A DNA stretch of 64,000 nucleotides from Podarcis liolepis (lineage: Eukaryota): NCBI GenBank assembly GCA_965112155.1, contig OZ218098.1. The stretch is one strand, 5' to 3'. Shown here piece after piece: positions 11,992 through 27,000 of the stretch (its first letter is position 1; each line of letters opens with the position of its first letter). A program made the translations under genes and the position numbers. Under the pieces are notes generated by a model. It was not told where the DNA came from. It searched no databases and worked only from the letters and a program-made list of their open reading frames with translations.

Positions 11992-14900
11992 TATAGAAAG
12001 ATTCTGATTTCCCCTCACTTTACAGGCAGGCTTTTCTGTATTTTTTTCAGCAGGCTTCCTCACAGCTCTTGCCACATGATTTTTCTCTTGGGGTGCAACA
12101 CCTACAAGGAGGAACAAGGCCATCCACTTAACACCCTTTCATTGCCCAGTAGGGAACAATCTAGCATTCATCTAATAGCAATGTCAATTAATACATCCTG
12201 GTCCCAGTTACATCAAGGTTGAAACTTCTTTTTGCTAATAAAGAGTTATCCTACTGGGATTGCAACTGTATACATTTGAAGTACTTTCACAAGAAGCAGA
12301 TGATGTTTTTTCACATACACATACCCCTCCTGGCTGCCATGTTATTTGTGTGGCATTAGCTAAAATGAGTCCATAGAATCAGGTTAAGTGTTCCCCTTGA
12401 TTACGCTTCAAGGCATTTCTCACTGTTGGGATTTTAGGGAAAGAAACTCTCTGTGTACTCTTAATCTGCTCCCAAGAGGAGTCAAGGCATTTTTTTGTTC
12501 CTGAGTTTTGTCTTACTTCTCTTGAGCACTTAAAAATGAACTAGAAGATTGGTGCAAGTAGATGTCCTCCTAGTCAGAGGGCAGCTTGGTGGCAACATTG
12601 TGATAGTGTCCTTTTTTCTTCTTCTTATATTTGTGTTGTTAAAAAGAAATCCCCAACTTGTTGGCTGAGAACTAGAAAATGTGAGTAGGATCTGCGGCTT
12701 CATTTCCTGGAGTTGTGCTTGGGCCAGTCCCTTTTTGAACTTGGTGTCCTCATCTGATGTGTGAGAGATAATACAGGTATAACTTTATTGTCACTGTCTA
12801 GGATAAGACAGATCTGTGGTCCCATCTTTTATGTAGTGCAGATCTCCTGTTCAGACAAGGTGGCCGCCTACTCTCATATCTCAGAGGTAAGGCATACTGG
12901 CATAACCTGAAGAGGTGCTATATCCTTGTGTGCGCTGTTGAATGTGTGGAAAACATTTTGATTTTATAAAGATTGAACACACAATGCAAAATGAGCCACC
13001 TCCGGGTGTGTGCTTTACTAAAAAGGGAAGTAGATATATAGGCATTAGGTAGAATTAATGAATATGAAGGCTATACATTATACAGTGGCTCAAGACAGCC
13101 TATAAAGGTTCTGATAGCAGAAATTTTGATTTGGTCAGTAACCTGCTTTATAATTATATTGCATAATAGTGGTAACTTCTCAAGTTGCTAGGGCAGCAAA
13201 AGTGGTTTGGAAAATACTTTTTGTATGTGATATGGTTGCTTATACTTTTTACTCATCAGTTATTTCCCAACATTAAAGTGAAAGTGACACAGTTGGCTAG
13301 ATAGGTACATACAGCAATTGTATAGGAATGGTTAGGGTTATATATAGACTATCATGAAGACACCGAAGAGAAGTTCTTCCATGCAAGTTCTGTTGAAGTG
13401 AATAGGAGCAGCACAATCTTGTGTTGCCCCCCTTCATTCAATGTAACTTGTACAGGAGAAATTCCCAGTGGACTATATCTTATCTAACCTTGTGCTCCAG
13501 GCAGCCTGCACAATATGTTCTCTAATAAATTAGTGAAGTTTTATTATCTGTTAGACATTTGCTTGGTCTCATTCAAATGAGTAGATCTGCCCTTGTTTTG
13601 AATGAGTCAGGAATATGAACTCTTCTCAGAGCAGTCTTACATTGATTCTCTCTAAATGTCTAAATATTGAAATGATAAGATAATGATCTAAATTTATATC
13701 AGTATTTTATCAGTTAACAGTGAAAGGCACTGATTGCCATTCTAATTACATCCCATAGCTTGATGCTAGAGCCACACTTACTTGGGAATTTGGTATCATT
13801 CAAACAAATTTAATTTCGAGTAAACGTGTTAAGCATTTACGTGCCAGAGTGTTAAAAATATGTTCCTGAGAGAATGCACCAAATCTTTTTATCATTGATC
13901 ATTTCCAGCTTGGGGGAAAGAATGCCCACCTCTGTCCGTGCTCAGTGACTTGCATCCTGCCTAGAAGTTCAAACAAGATAAGCATGTGGAATTATTTTCG
14001 CATGTGAAATGGAAAATACTGGTCAGTGTGGCTGCGTTGTGCATGCAGAAACAAATGAATAAGGTCTGTGACATTTAATCACGTAATCAGTTAATCAAAA
14101 TATTTTGATCAAACGAACACACACACACACACGGTAATTATAAGTACTATTGATGACCAATTCCATCAAAGAAGTATCTCCAGCCCTTGTGTGAGAGAAT
14201 GGGGAGTCCCTTTTCTAAGATGATGTGTGCTACCGCACACGTTTTTATTTAGAACTACTGGGTTGTATCCCATGTTGCATGAGCTCTTTCTCTTTGCCCA
14301 CTCTACAGGCCACTGTGCTTGCCAAAATCCTATCCAAAGGGCTGGGAGAACCTGCCCAACATTGTGAGCTGTCCTCTGGGCTGCAAGGGGTTGCAGGGTA
14401 CTGGCGGGGGGAGCAAGGTGTTAAGTGAGATTGCCTTCTGCTTATGCCATATTGGGTGCAACCCTTAGTTTCTCATATGCAATAATTGTGCAGATTTGAC
14501 TAATTCTTTAATTATTTGACTAAACCTGAGTTCATTATTGATATTTTAATTGGTGTCAGCCCTATTCTAAGATAAAAAATTCCACTCCACCCCCAGATCC
14601 AAGATTTTTGCATTAAGAAGCAGCCATACATTATTTCAAATACACTAACATACTTTATTCTAACTGAATTGTGTATTTTTAAAAGAAAATATAGATAAAA
14701 ACCAATTTTTATGTGTTATATTTGAATGAATGAATGAATGAAATAAGTAAATAAATAGATAGAAGAAAATATAGATAATTGCAGTAGGCTGTGGTAAAGG
14801 GCATATTAGGAAAGCGTCATGATCTGGGTTTGTATAAGGAAATCAATGAATCTTTGTTATGGCATGGAAAACGCAAGTGTATAGTAGAAGTCTGCACTGC

Positions 14901-16331
14901 CACCCCTGGAAATGGGCCAGGATCCTCTTTAACCCAGGCTAGAAGACAACTGACTGAAAAGAGAAGTACTCTGTACCAAACAATGAATTCAGAAACTTCC
15001 ATAAATTAATATGCTTTGATGTTGTACGATATATTCCTATCTGTGCTAGTGATTGAGAGGTTCAAGGAGCTGACAATAGACTGCCCTCTAACTCTGGCTT
15101 TTGAGATTTCACCCTCCATTGCCATTTTTGAAGCATATCTTCACAACCAGAAAGGCTTGGATTTTATTATTTTAAAGAAGAAAAGCTTAATTCCTTTTGG
15201 CAGTGCCATGTTGAGTGGCTTTTCTGTTCTATGCAATGACAGCATATGCATTGGTCCTTCCTTTGGGTTTCTGAACATGTAGCAGAGTTTTTTTACATTT
15301 TCTGTTTCCCCCCTCCAGAACAAGGCGACCTAGGAGCCTGAGAGTTTCAGGATCAAACCCCCTCTACAGTTTGCCTTCATTGCACTCCACATTTTTTGTA
15401 CCAGTTAGGGCACTTTGCATTCTTTCTGTATTTGTATCTGCAATGTTTCAGATATGGGAAGAATTGAAGCTAGTGTCAGGATTTCCCAATGTGAGCTGGA
15501 AAGGTTTATTGCTAACTCCCATGAGCCTTCAGTTGTCCAACTTGACATCTTAAGATCCATATTTTTGTTTCATTTGGATATACAGCTGCAGGTTCTGAAA
15601 CAACACAATCCATTAAATAATGAGAAAGTGTTTGGTAAACTGGGTCACACAGGTGTCGAGGAGTATTGGCTTGAGCTGTGGTGAAATGTCAAAAACATTT
15701 TGGTCTGATCTTAGGTTGGTTGTCCTTTGCTTAAGACAAACCTCAATTCAGTAACTCCACATTTAGCTTAACTAATTTTTTACAGCCACTGTTTTCTCAT
15801 GTCTAAGCTTTTCTTTGAACTCAACTTTTTTCTATGCATGTAGTCGTTCACCTGTCAGAATTCTGCATGTTCTGCGATATGCAGTATCCTCACTTTTATG
15901 TTTCAGAGAAAGTTTTATATGTTAAAATGCATGGATTTTTAATTGCATCTCAGGATTTGTTTTAACTAGGCCTGGTGGTGTGAACCTGTAGTAAAAACGA
16001 TTCCCTTTCATTTGTGGGTATGACTTTTTGTAAATCTAACCTGAAATTGTAAAAACATAGAACATAAAATGATTTCATTAGGATTTGTAAGCATTTTGCT
16101 TTTTGTAATTTTGTAGGAAAAAAGGATATTTTTATTTTAGGGCAAGTTCTACTTTTGTATGTAATATGCTGACATGGGGCACAATCTGTCAGAAGCATAT
16201 CCTGCATTCATCTCATGGAAATAAATTTAGAGGTGTGGTCCTGCCCTATTCCCATTCATTATTATTTTCCCTTTGGAACTTAAGTAGGACAGGTTTCTCA
16301 TGGATTGTGTCTGTGATGTCTTTTATTTTTT

Positions 16332-16337
16332 AATAAA
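16332..16337 (+). terminator. Candidate distal polyadenylation signal of SLC49A4 (AATAAA; ATTAAA also at 16463-16468)
   Basis: AATAAA at the end of a long U-rich/TGTA-rich + strand stretch (15750-16330) typical of 3' UTR ends. Another AATAAA lies at 12237-12242. Usage cannot be shown from sequence. Confidence 0.35.
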
Positions 16338-18824
16338 ACTTATTTAAAACCCACTGTCTAATACATCTAGAAATGTAAACTTCACCTATCACTTTGGAGT
16401 TCTCTTTAAACTGGAATCTTGCTGTAAGTGTTTGGTGTTAACTTGTGTAATACTTGATACACATTAAAAAGGTTAATTGTAGCTTGTGAGTCATCTTTTG
16501 TGCTTGGATGCCATATAATATCCTAGAGCGATGGTAATATTCATTGAGGTATCTGCTGCTGGCTTTGTTGTGGAGGATTCCAACATGGCTTTTTGTCATA
16601 TGTCTGTTGGCAAGAGATGCAAGCTTAGGAACAGGTTTAACAAGGGATCGTTTTCCAGGTCATTGTACAAATGGCAGCTGCCAGAAGAACTGGACATGCA
16701 ATTTTTTGGTGAATTGTCAAAACTCAAAAATAAGTTGGGCTTTTCTCAAGACAGTTCCATGAGATGATCTTCCAAATCACAAGCAACAGAATATTTGTTT
16801 CTTGTTTCAGAATTGGCCTCAAATTATCCCATCAAGGGCTGGTTTTTGTGACAAGCTGTGTCTTGTAAACAAAAAAAGCTACTGTTCTGTTCTTTAATCT
16901 ATAAGATGATGATTCAGGATTTGGATAGAGCTTGTAAAAACACCTGTCTGTAATTATGGTGTTAATGTGGGGGGGGGGGTTAAAAAAAAGTTTACATTTT
17001 TGTTATATTTATTATGTATTTTCCTCAGAGTATTTGTTTAACCTAGAAAAATGTACAACATTTATGTCTGATATGATGAGTCACAGTCATTTCTGACCTG
17101 GGACAAAAAATATCAAGGTGATGCCTCAGATTTCATCTAACACTGATTCTGTTGATGTGTACTTTTTCAAATGGGATGGCTTTAATAGTAACCTGGTAAA
17201 TTCAGGTCCTAATCCTGAATTTGGCTTTTTATGGACGAAGATAATACATCTTACCTTGTATTCTCAACAGACAAGCTGAAGGCACAGGTAAGTGTCACTT
17301 GTGCTGTACTGAAGGAAAGATGCTTTGGATAACAAAAACAAAGTTTAGAATTTCTGCTCTTTATATTTTGGTGTGTTTGTTGTGGAAAACTAGAGAAAGG
17401 AGGAAGGACAAACATGTTGCTTCCTAGAGATGTAGTTTTAGTCAGTTGAAGAGTAGATTAGCATTACATTGCAGACCAATTAGCAAAGGATGTGTGGATG
17501 TGCTAATTGTGCACAAATGTGCCTTAATACTAAACAATTCCATGTAGAAATTTCCCGCATGTAAAGTGTTAAGGAATCTAGGGGATAAAGCTCAATCTAG
17601 TTCACACTAAGTTTGTTTTTACTGATGTGGTGCCTCTCAATTACTTTCTAATCGGATGCATTAAAAAAATAAATTCCCAGAGGCACATTTGTGAATATGA
17701 AAACTCTCAAAATTATAGCTTATGATTGACTAGGAATGAGGTATTATGCATGCAGGTGTAGCTGGTTTCAGGTTATTAGAAATCCAATCTATTTTTTATG
17801 ATATTATGGTGTAATTTTCAGCACAAGACTGTGATATAAATTTCCAGTTGCACCGGAACATAAACTACAAGTGTCCCTGACTCTTGTCACTTTCCATGGT
17901 CTTTAGTTTGATTAATAAAAGGGACGAGAGCGATAACATTTTCCCAATAAGAATCTATGATCATCCCTCAATCAAAATGGGCCCATTTTATAGTGATATG
18001 TAACAATGATAAAAAATGTTATTTCAAGACCATTGGGACTAGTCTTTCAGCCTATAAATGTTGATCATATGGCTCTGGTTCTTGAAGCAAGTAAATAGCC
18101 CATTTTCTTCTTCTTTTGCGTTAAGAGCAGTGTCCTTGGAAATTCAAGTCTATTGGCTTCCTGGTCATATATAGCAAAAGGGTCTAAAGCTGAAATTTGA
18201 AACACCACACAATCAGCCCTGTTTGAAGATCTAGCATAGTAAAATTCAGGATGCTTGTCTGAAGCCAAAGGTTCAGGGGCACAATATTACTATGTGTTAA
18301 TGGAATCTTAAAGGCCTTGTTAATTGTCCCCTGCCTTTAAAATAGGACAGGAAATATAAAGTAGGAGAGGGAAGAGCTGGTAACCCTTCCAGGTGTAAAG
18401 AAATTCTGATAGTCAAACTTTAGTTTTATATTCATTTGTTTGTATTTCAGGCAAGTGGAACTAGTCACTAAGAGTGCTATGTTCTATCTACATTAGTAAA
18501 AATCAGCCCCGTTTGAGCTCAGTGAGGCTCTCACAGGTAAGTGTGGGTAGGATTGTGCTTTAAGGCACTTGTCATGCTGCAGTGGCAAATTATACTTTGG
18601 TTGAGTACATACATTTTTTAAAAAATGGATGCAGCCAGTAAACCTAGGCTAATAAATTAAAACACTTCCATAAATTTAGCCTAACCGTTTGATCATACAG
18701 AATACACTGATACAGAATTAGGTGCCAATGGATTAATATTAAATAAACCCAAATGAGGCAGCAAGAGCTAAATTATATTTGCCTCAACTGTTGCAAATTT
18801 CATTTTAAGAGAAGAGATGTAGCT

Positions 18825-18960
18825 CAGGCATAGGCAAACTCGGCCCTCCAGCTATTTTGGGACTGCAATTCCCATCATTCCTGACCACTGATCCTGTTAG
18901 CTAGGGATGATGGGAGTTGTAGCACCAAAACATCTGGAGGGCCAAGTTTGCCTATGCCTG
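18825..18960. mobile_element. Palindromic hAT MITE
   Basis: TIR CAGGCATAGGCAAACT / AGTTTGCCTATGCCTG with 8-bp TSD ATGTAGCT / ATGTAGGT. The element is nearly fully self-complementary. Confidence 0.9.
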
Positions 18961-21462
18961 ATGTAGGTGCTTAGAAATAGTTTTTCAATTAGAGGAAGTT
19001 GAAAGATACATTAACAGTAGCAGGGGTGGGGGGTAGGGGAAGAAATTTTAAGGTTTATGACTGGGGAAGCAATGACTAATCTGAGACAAGAGTTGAATAC
19101 TTTAATCATGTGAACAAGCCTTGTCCTACTTCATTGGAGCAAGCAGATCTTTGCCTGCACATGCAAAGGTGAGGAACAGTTCACATGAGAATGGGTCTGG
19201 TTCTGAAGCTGGCAGAGCTGGGTGAACTCATTGGAGCTACTGTGCTTAAGAAATAACTGGAGCTGGTGGGGATTTTCATTCAAGATGTCTTAACACCTCA
19301 TAGATAGAGAGATTCATGTGTCCTTGAATAGATGTTTAGAAAGCAAATTACAAGTTTACTGGTTCCAGTGTTTTGTATGGGCTTGGACTTTTGTTGGGCT
19401 TGGACTGGGAAAATCTACTCAGTTATAAAGCTTGCTGGGTTCTTTAGTGACTCACTCACTCTCAGGGATAAGCTATCATGGTGGAAGATAGGACCAGCAA
19501 CAAAGTAAGTTGTTACTTCCATATCCCTCTCCCCTATCCACATGGTTTGCCTTGCTTCCCCTTTTTCAGTGCTATGGTTTAGCAAGCAGGCAACATTCCT
19601 GCAGCTTGGCTTCCAACTACTAGTCTGTCCAGGTAGGAACTACTGTTCCCATAAATATTTTTCTGCACCACCACCAGAAGGGATCATCCTGTTTGGCAAG
19701 AACAAAGGCTGGAGGCATAAAACGGCTGCAAGGAAACGTTATTTGTCCCTGTAAGTACATTCTGTTTGTATTTTAAAGGTTATACTATAAAATAAGTGTA
19801 CAGACCTGTCTTCTCACTAAGGTCACCTACAGAGGCCCTCCTGGTTGTTCCACATTCTGCAGAAGCTCATCTTCCCAACCAAAGAGGGTTTTGTGGTGCC
19901 CACTCTTTGGAATACTCAAACCCCCCCCCCGCACACACACACACTGTTGTGCTGGCTACTGATACCAGTCATTTGTCAAACTTTTTAAGTTGAATTTTGT
20001 ACTGACTGTTAATGGTGTTGGGATTATTTTTATTTTTATTTATTTTAATTGATTTATTGTAAACTGTCTTGATATATGTTTGTAATAGTCTCTCTGTGTG
20101 ATACACACTGCTTTCAGCAGATGAAAGCATGGAGTCCCATTTAGATACCAAGTATTGATACTCTTCAATAAACAGAGGAATTAATGATCAACCTCTGGAT
20201 TAGGAAATTAGTATCTACAATGAATTGGCAGCATAATGAACTGATGAATTTGAGTTAAGTAAGAGTGAACATGCGATGAATGTTTTCCTTTGGCTTTTTG
20301 TATTAGAAACATTAATTTGCGGCAATAGAGTTCCTATAAATGTATTACTCTTGGGGGAAAATCAATTAGAATGTATAGTCGGACAGTTAATTGGGGGTTT
20401 TTAATGACTAAGTTTTGTTTAGCTGATTGCTAAACATAGTTATGGTTTATTTAAATGCTGACTGTCTAAGTAATGGATTGAAATGTGCCTCCAGTTGATT
20501 TAATGAAGTGTGGATTGTTTAATTGACTAGCTTTTGTAGGAATTAATAACTTTTTTCAATGGATTAAGGTATATTAATTTTGTATAGGGTTGTATCCAAT
20601 GGTTACTTGGGTAGAAGGTCTCCTGTGCAACCAATCTTTCCCTTTCTTTTTGAAAAGTATCTGTCCAGGACAGTGTAGGTTGCTTTACTATCTTTTGTTT
20701 CTACAGGGGATAAGTGTCCCGTGTAGTCCTCCTTGGAATCAAAATTATTCTCAGTGGTTATTTCAGACTTACATAGGATGACTTGGATTGCCCCTGCTTA
20801 CCCTAGGACATTTTTTCTTCATGTCTTTTTATCATCATAACTTACTTTGCATTTATTTCCTTACTTTGTATTTCAGACAGGGAATAATTTATCTCCCATC
20901 CCACAATAAACCTTAAGGGATAGTTGGCAACTGTTCCAGAGGGCATCTCCCACCCCACCACATGGAGAGAGGCAAGTCTGTTTTCTACCATTTCTATAAT
21001 TGGTAGTTTGGGGGCTAATATCAGCTTCCATAGTAGTTCAATATTTTCATTATCTGAATATACTGGGAGCTGCATTTCTAGTAGCTACTGAAAATCATTT
21101 GGCTTTGTGCTATCCAAATAAATGTGTGTCAAGGTGGTTTGTGAAGCACACTCTCTGAAATGAAGGGATGGTTTCTAAACTTCATCCAGGGGAGGCAGGC
21201 TCCGCAGAAGGGAATGTCTTTTCTACTCCCCTGTGATGAAGTAATGTGGCCAGAACCCTAATCTTATTTAGCAAGTTTTGGATTCCATGGATAATGGGAT
21301 TTTATGTCTACATCAAAAGTTGGAACCAACATGAGGACTTTGCCCAGAAGCTACTATTGATAAATTTCTTTCAGCACCTTTGCTTCAGCCACAGCTTTAA
21401 ACTCCATTGTCATCTTATCTACTGCTGACAAACAACTCAGAAGCTTAGTAGGTTGTTTGAGT

Positions 21463-21468
21463 TTTATT
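21463..21468 (-). terminator. Candidate distal polyadenylation signal of SEMA5B
   Basis: Minus strand reads TCTGTATTTTTATAAATTGTACTATGTAAAG...AAGAAATAAAACTC: AATAAA preceded by TGTA/U-rich elements. Other minus-strand AATAAA hexamers occur at 21572, 23441, 24218 and 24551. Confidence 0.35.
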
Positions 21469-23879
21469 TCTTAATTCTTCTTTACATAGTACAATTTATA
21501 AAAATACAGAAGCCCAGCCCACCCCTAAAATTCACAGTGTCTAAAGGCAGTGGTTAACAGTATACATCACCTTTATTCTAACAGTACCATTGTGTTCAGT
21601 TGCATAGGAAGGGTATTATGCCTTTACAACAGAGTCTGATAATATTTTCTTTTCCTATTTTGCTTCACAAGGCATATACTCTGCTTGTTGTTGTGATAAT
21701 AATTATCTCTATTTATATACTCAAGAGCTGTCATTTATCTCCACTTCAGCTACAAAATAGAGTGGAGGTATCTCCCATCTTCATCTCCCATTTGTGTTTC
21801 CTCGTGCTTTACTTTTTAAAAATGAATTAGATTGGATTTCAAATATGCACACATTTGGATACTGGCTGAGAGTAGTTAGTTGTGCAGCTGACTTCCCTCT
21901 ACTTACTTTTATCTTTCCTGTACCTCAAGCCTTTATGGAATTCTTCCTGACCTCAGTGTAAACTTGCAACACATCCCTCCTACTAGCGACTCTGTTCCCT
22001 GCAATCAAGAATTGTCCTTCAGTAAACATGGTCTTATCTTTAAAAACTTGCCCTTCAAATTACAAATGAAAGATCTATGTGTTCTTAAAGCTTCATCCTT
22101 AAGCGGAAGAGGGAGGTTGGAGAAAATGGTCTGTATTCACAATTGAAACAAACGCTGGTGTGTCCAAGAGGTGCATGCCTATTTAAGACATCACATCTTT
22201 GGGCCCGGGAGATGGACTAGTGAGTAAACTGGGCTGGAATATTCTGCACATGGTTAAAAGCACACTGTCTTTAGGTATTGCAGGGCTAAGCCATTGCACT
22301 GACAATGGTTTGAAATGATTCACCAGTGAGCCTTGGCTCAAATTAAGCCTCAGGGCTTTTTTCTGCTTTAGCGGTGTAATAGCTCTGAACCCACTGCAAA
22401 TAAATACAGGCTTATAGTGTAATATTAGGAAGCTGGTGCTTTTCAGGACCTATTTATAGATGGTATTTTTCTTAAGACTAGAGAAACCCCTTAGAGGGAA
22501 ATAGACCCATTAACCTTCCATATAATAAATATACGGGCAGGATGTGATTATTTTAGTACAAGTGGAAGTATTTGGAAGCAAATATCACCACTGGTACAAT
22601 GTGTCTGATACACAATATGTATGTTGGGATAGCCTTGCCAAATTGGGTGCCCTGCCAGTGTGGTCAGCCGAAACACTCACAGTGGCCATGCTGGCTGAGA
22701 TGGAAGGGAGTTGTGTCCTCCAAATAATAATGGTTCCAAGTTGGGTCCGGGCGAGGTAAAAGAAGCAGGAAAACAACTTTTATCGTATTGCAACCTAGGG
22801 TATTGAAACACTGATTCCATGTTGACAGTGCGAGTGCCTTGCCACAAAAGCTAGCCAATTCTAAATAGCTGTATTCAAATAAATGAGGTTTACTTTCCTG
22901 ATCCAGAGACCCCACAGCAAAAGATGTACAAAATCTACTGTCTTACCTGTGCAAGAATGGTGTTCCACGTGCATAGTGGAGCTTCAGTTTCAGGCAAATG
23001 TGCTTAGGAGCCAGACATACAGCTGCTAATTTAGAATGCATTGTTTCCTGGAAAGTACATCTGGCATAAATAGCAGAGATCACCCCTAAGGAATCTCACT
23101 TTGGCAGGTTTCTAGAATTTGTCCAGCTCTTTAAATGCTGTTAAAATTCCTGGATGTTTCTCCAGAAAATAGCTTGAGGTATCACCTGAATAGTTCAACT
23201 TAGAGATGACTCAAGGGTAAACTAGATGGGGCTGGTGTGTTTTTGTGGGAATGGGGCTTTAACCAGTTTACTCTTCCTGTAGTTTGGATCAAATTGCACC
23301 TGTTACTTCCAGTGGGATGCAAGTTCTCTCTTGCTCCAATGGGAGTTTTCTTCCCACTGGGAATAACTGACAACCAATTCAAGAGGGATAGTTTTAACAT
23401 GAGATATTAAAAATAGTCTCGTGAGAGCTTAAAATTAAATTTTATTGTGTGAATAGGCTACTGTGCGCTACAGCCTATTTTGTAGCTTGAGGACATTTCA
23501 TACCTCTTAAAAAATCAGGAAGGCAACTTGAGTACCATTTATATCAGTCCCTCTCTCTACAGCCACTAATATATGTAGCTTTTTCTCTCTTCTTTCTGCC
23601 TCTCAACTCATTTTCAGCAAGTACAAAATGAAGTCCTGCAAAAAGAAATAGGGATGGCTAAATTTGGGATGCGCTGAATACTGAAAGTAAAGTTGGATGC
23701 GCCCAACAACCGCAAGGTCAGAAGTCACCCATTTTTTCTTAAATTCACTCTATAGCCCCTTAACACCATTACATTCAACCTGGAATAGTAGCCTAGAAGA
23801 TGAAAGAGTATTTATTTACCTGTAGAAGAGCATCTACAATACCACCTAACCAAGTTGAAAGCAATTGATTTTTGCAGTA

Positions 23880-24072
23880 CAGTAAACCTGCAACCTGTGT
23901 GGAGGTTACAGTCTGGGGATCGTGCCTGAAGCCAAAACCACATATACTCAAAACACATTGCGTTCAATGGTGGATGGGATGGTTAAAGTCATTTTCCCCA
24001 GAACCCTGATCCCTTTCTAATTCCCCCCCCCCCAGGCATATATGTGCAAAAGTTAAAGTTGCAGGCTTACTG
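23880..24072. mobile_element. Tigger-like MITE (older)
   Basis: TA|CAGTAAACCTGCAAC ... GTTGCAGGCTTACTG|TA, a 14/15 inverted match with TA target duplication. Confidence 0.75.
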
Positions 24073-27000
24073 TAGTACATAAATGAAACTGGAACTCAAG
24101 GAGCCCAGCTCATATCATTATTATTATTATTCCTACTTACAGCTTAGTTTTTCCTTACACACACCTCTATTGATAATTAAAAACAATAGGACCAATATAC
24201 TAAGTCAATTTGGACTGTTTATTCATAAAGTATGAGCAAATACAAACATTGTTTACTTTGCCATTCTTAACAGGAATGGATTTTTTGTGGGCTGGGAAGA
24301 TGAACAGTTCTAGCTACAAAAGTCAACTCCTCAATTTTAACTGATCAACAAAATTCATTCATCTATGAAAAGTTTCTGTTATTTTCTTTCCGATTCCCCT
24401 TTGAAACCTATCCTCAAGTCCAAGTGCTGCTTTTATTATTCTAAATTTATTTTTAGACCATTCTGCAGTACATATACCATTTGTATGTGTTATAAATATA
24501 TAAACATACACAGGATTTGAGTAAGGGGACTTTATGATGAACTTTACATTTTTATTTTGCTTGTGTAATAAAGTCCCACATTTGGTGTGACTAAATGGAC
24601 CGAGTTAATTAGTTTGATTGCTGGATATAATCTTTTCTTAACATTAGATTTTGTAATGCTAGAATGGGGGAGCAATCCCAAATTATACCCCCGCCCTGCA
24701 AAGGGATTCAAATCATACCCACTTCCTACACAGATCTTCATCTAAGTTCATTCTCTAAAATAAAATAAAAAAAATAAGGCAGCAGGTACACATGTATAAC
24801 TCATGTCCTAGGTGAGCTACTGCAAGAAATGAATAAACACTCCAATCACCTTCTTTCCAATGCCATTATCTCATTATTCTTCAAAGGTTTACTTTTAACA
24901 TAAAGAAGGTTCTCCCCCTTCTCTATTAGAATGTGCATATTATTGAAGAGCAGGGTGTTCTTAACTAGCTTTGTAACAATAAAGTCAATGTATATTTGTT
25001 AAAATATAAATCCTCATCGTAAACCAAAAGGGCAGATTCAATTGCTGCACTACTAGTTTGGCAGAAGTGGCAAAACATCATCAGGTTCAAGAAACTGCAT
25101 CACAACTGGTGCTGCCAGAAAGAGAAGGCAAATCTGTGTGGGGCTCCCATATAGTATGGTGATTAAGCTTTGCTGCTTTATCAGTCTAAACATTCTCTGT
25201 AGTCACATTATGGCAGTAGAGGGCACTGGGATAAGCAGCAGGAAAGATGAGCAAATGTTACTCACTTAGATCAACTCTTGTACTCTCTACACACTGGACT
25301 TGCCAAAGTCTGGCACACCTTCTATGATGTGTGCAGCTCCCTTGCTAGCAAGGTTTAGCCACATTCGTTTTAACAATTTCCAGCAGCAGCAGCTCCACAG
25401 CTATGAAACGATAGATATGTCTTCTGCCCCTTTTCTGAGAGGGAGAGTTCTATGGCAGCTTGTAAGAAACTGCTGTATCAGAATGCATAAGAGCAGTGCA
25501 ACTGTAGTGCTCATACTTCTTTCCTGCAAAAAGCTATTATTATTTTCAAAAAGAGACAAAACACAAGGGTGATAGTTCCTCACATTTGAGTAACCACAGG
25601 TTATGATTCTGAAATCAAAAGCTAACAACATCTTCCTACCCAAATACGAAAAGCCATTTTCTTCCCTGCACCCGGAGAAAGTGAAGAGTTAGGACAACCT
25701 CCAAAATACGATTTGTAAAATAGGATTTGTAGTTGCTATTATTCAAACCTCCGTTCTAAAAGAATCTTAACCTGCTGTGTCCTTTGCTCTCTGTCCCACT
25801 CCCTGGGTTCAACATATCCCTCTCAAAATGAAAGCCAGAGTTTCAAATCTGTTCAACTGAATCTTGTAGATGTTGCCTAAGCTTATAAAGGTGGTTTAAA
25901 AAAAAGGAAAACAAAAAGTGGATGAGAGATCCTTTGTAGCACTTGACCGTACAGAATTTGGGCACAGTCCTCACAGCATCTCTGGGGTTGCATGCAACTT
26001 GATGACACTTTAATGGTTGCCTGCTGCTACATAGAATTGGTTTAGGAAATCCCATGAGTCTCAAAAGAGACTTGCTGTGCAAAGTGCCCCACTAGATGTA
26101 AGAGAGCTGGGTCTCTTCCCCATGGCAAAAATGCATTGCTCCTCTGAAGGATATTCCCAAACATCTGCATATTCAGTTTCCACATCAAACACTGGGAGGG
26201 AGCTTTGTTTCCTTGCTGACTAAGCCCTGCTGTCAAAAGCAACACTGCCAAACCAAATACATTTCCAGTGTGTACTACAACATCCATTATGACAACCCCA
26301 AGTGTAATAAATACCAGGTGTTTAGAAAACCCCTCAGAAAATCAGACCGCTCTACTGTGGACATTATCAGCTGGGTGCCTGAAACACTAAATTAACTTAG
26401 GATGCAAGAATGTCACTATGCCCTATGTCATTAACCTGCCATGTGATAAGAAACTGCTCTTATTTTGCATTAGATGTTGCCCCTAAAGAATTGTACTGCC
26501 ATGCAAACATTAATGGAATGTTAAAAAGCTCAGATGTTCTTTTTCACCCTACTTTCTGTTGAAATGGCATCTGCACACCCACGTTGCAATTGCCATTCAT
26601 ATTTTTGAAAGGGTGTCATTCTTCACATTCAGATGCCTGGGAAGAATGAATTTGGAATATCCTAACTAAAAATATCCCTCCCCTAGCCTGCCCTGATTTC
26701 TGGCATTTGGAGAAAGAAAGATATGCTGCATAACCAGAATGAGAAAATATTCTATGTAATAAAATAAATTCTAGTCTTTATCTAACTGAAAAATAGATCC
26801 GGCTTATTTTATGGCAAAAAAAGAGTGAACGAAAGGTTTAATTCATTTGCATATATACCTTTTTAAGAACTGTTGCAAAATAAATTACAATTTTGCAGCA
26901 CCCTCTGAAACAGTGACACTGATCCAGCCATTTCTTACACAATATAGAGGCTCAGATGGAGCTCAATTACGAGCAAGTGTCCCAATCATTTTGGTGGAAA

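Noticed and set aside
16531-16767. 78-aa ATG-initiated ORF in the inter-UTR gap
   Set aside because: No recognisable homology, promoter or CpG island; the length is within chance expectation.
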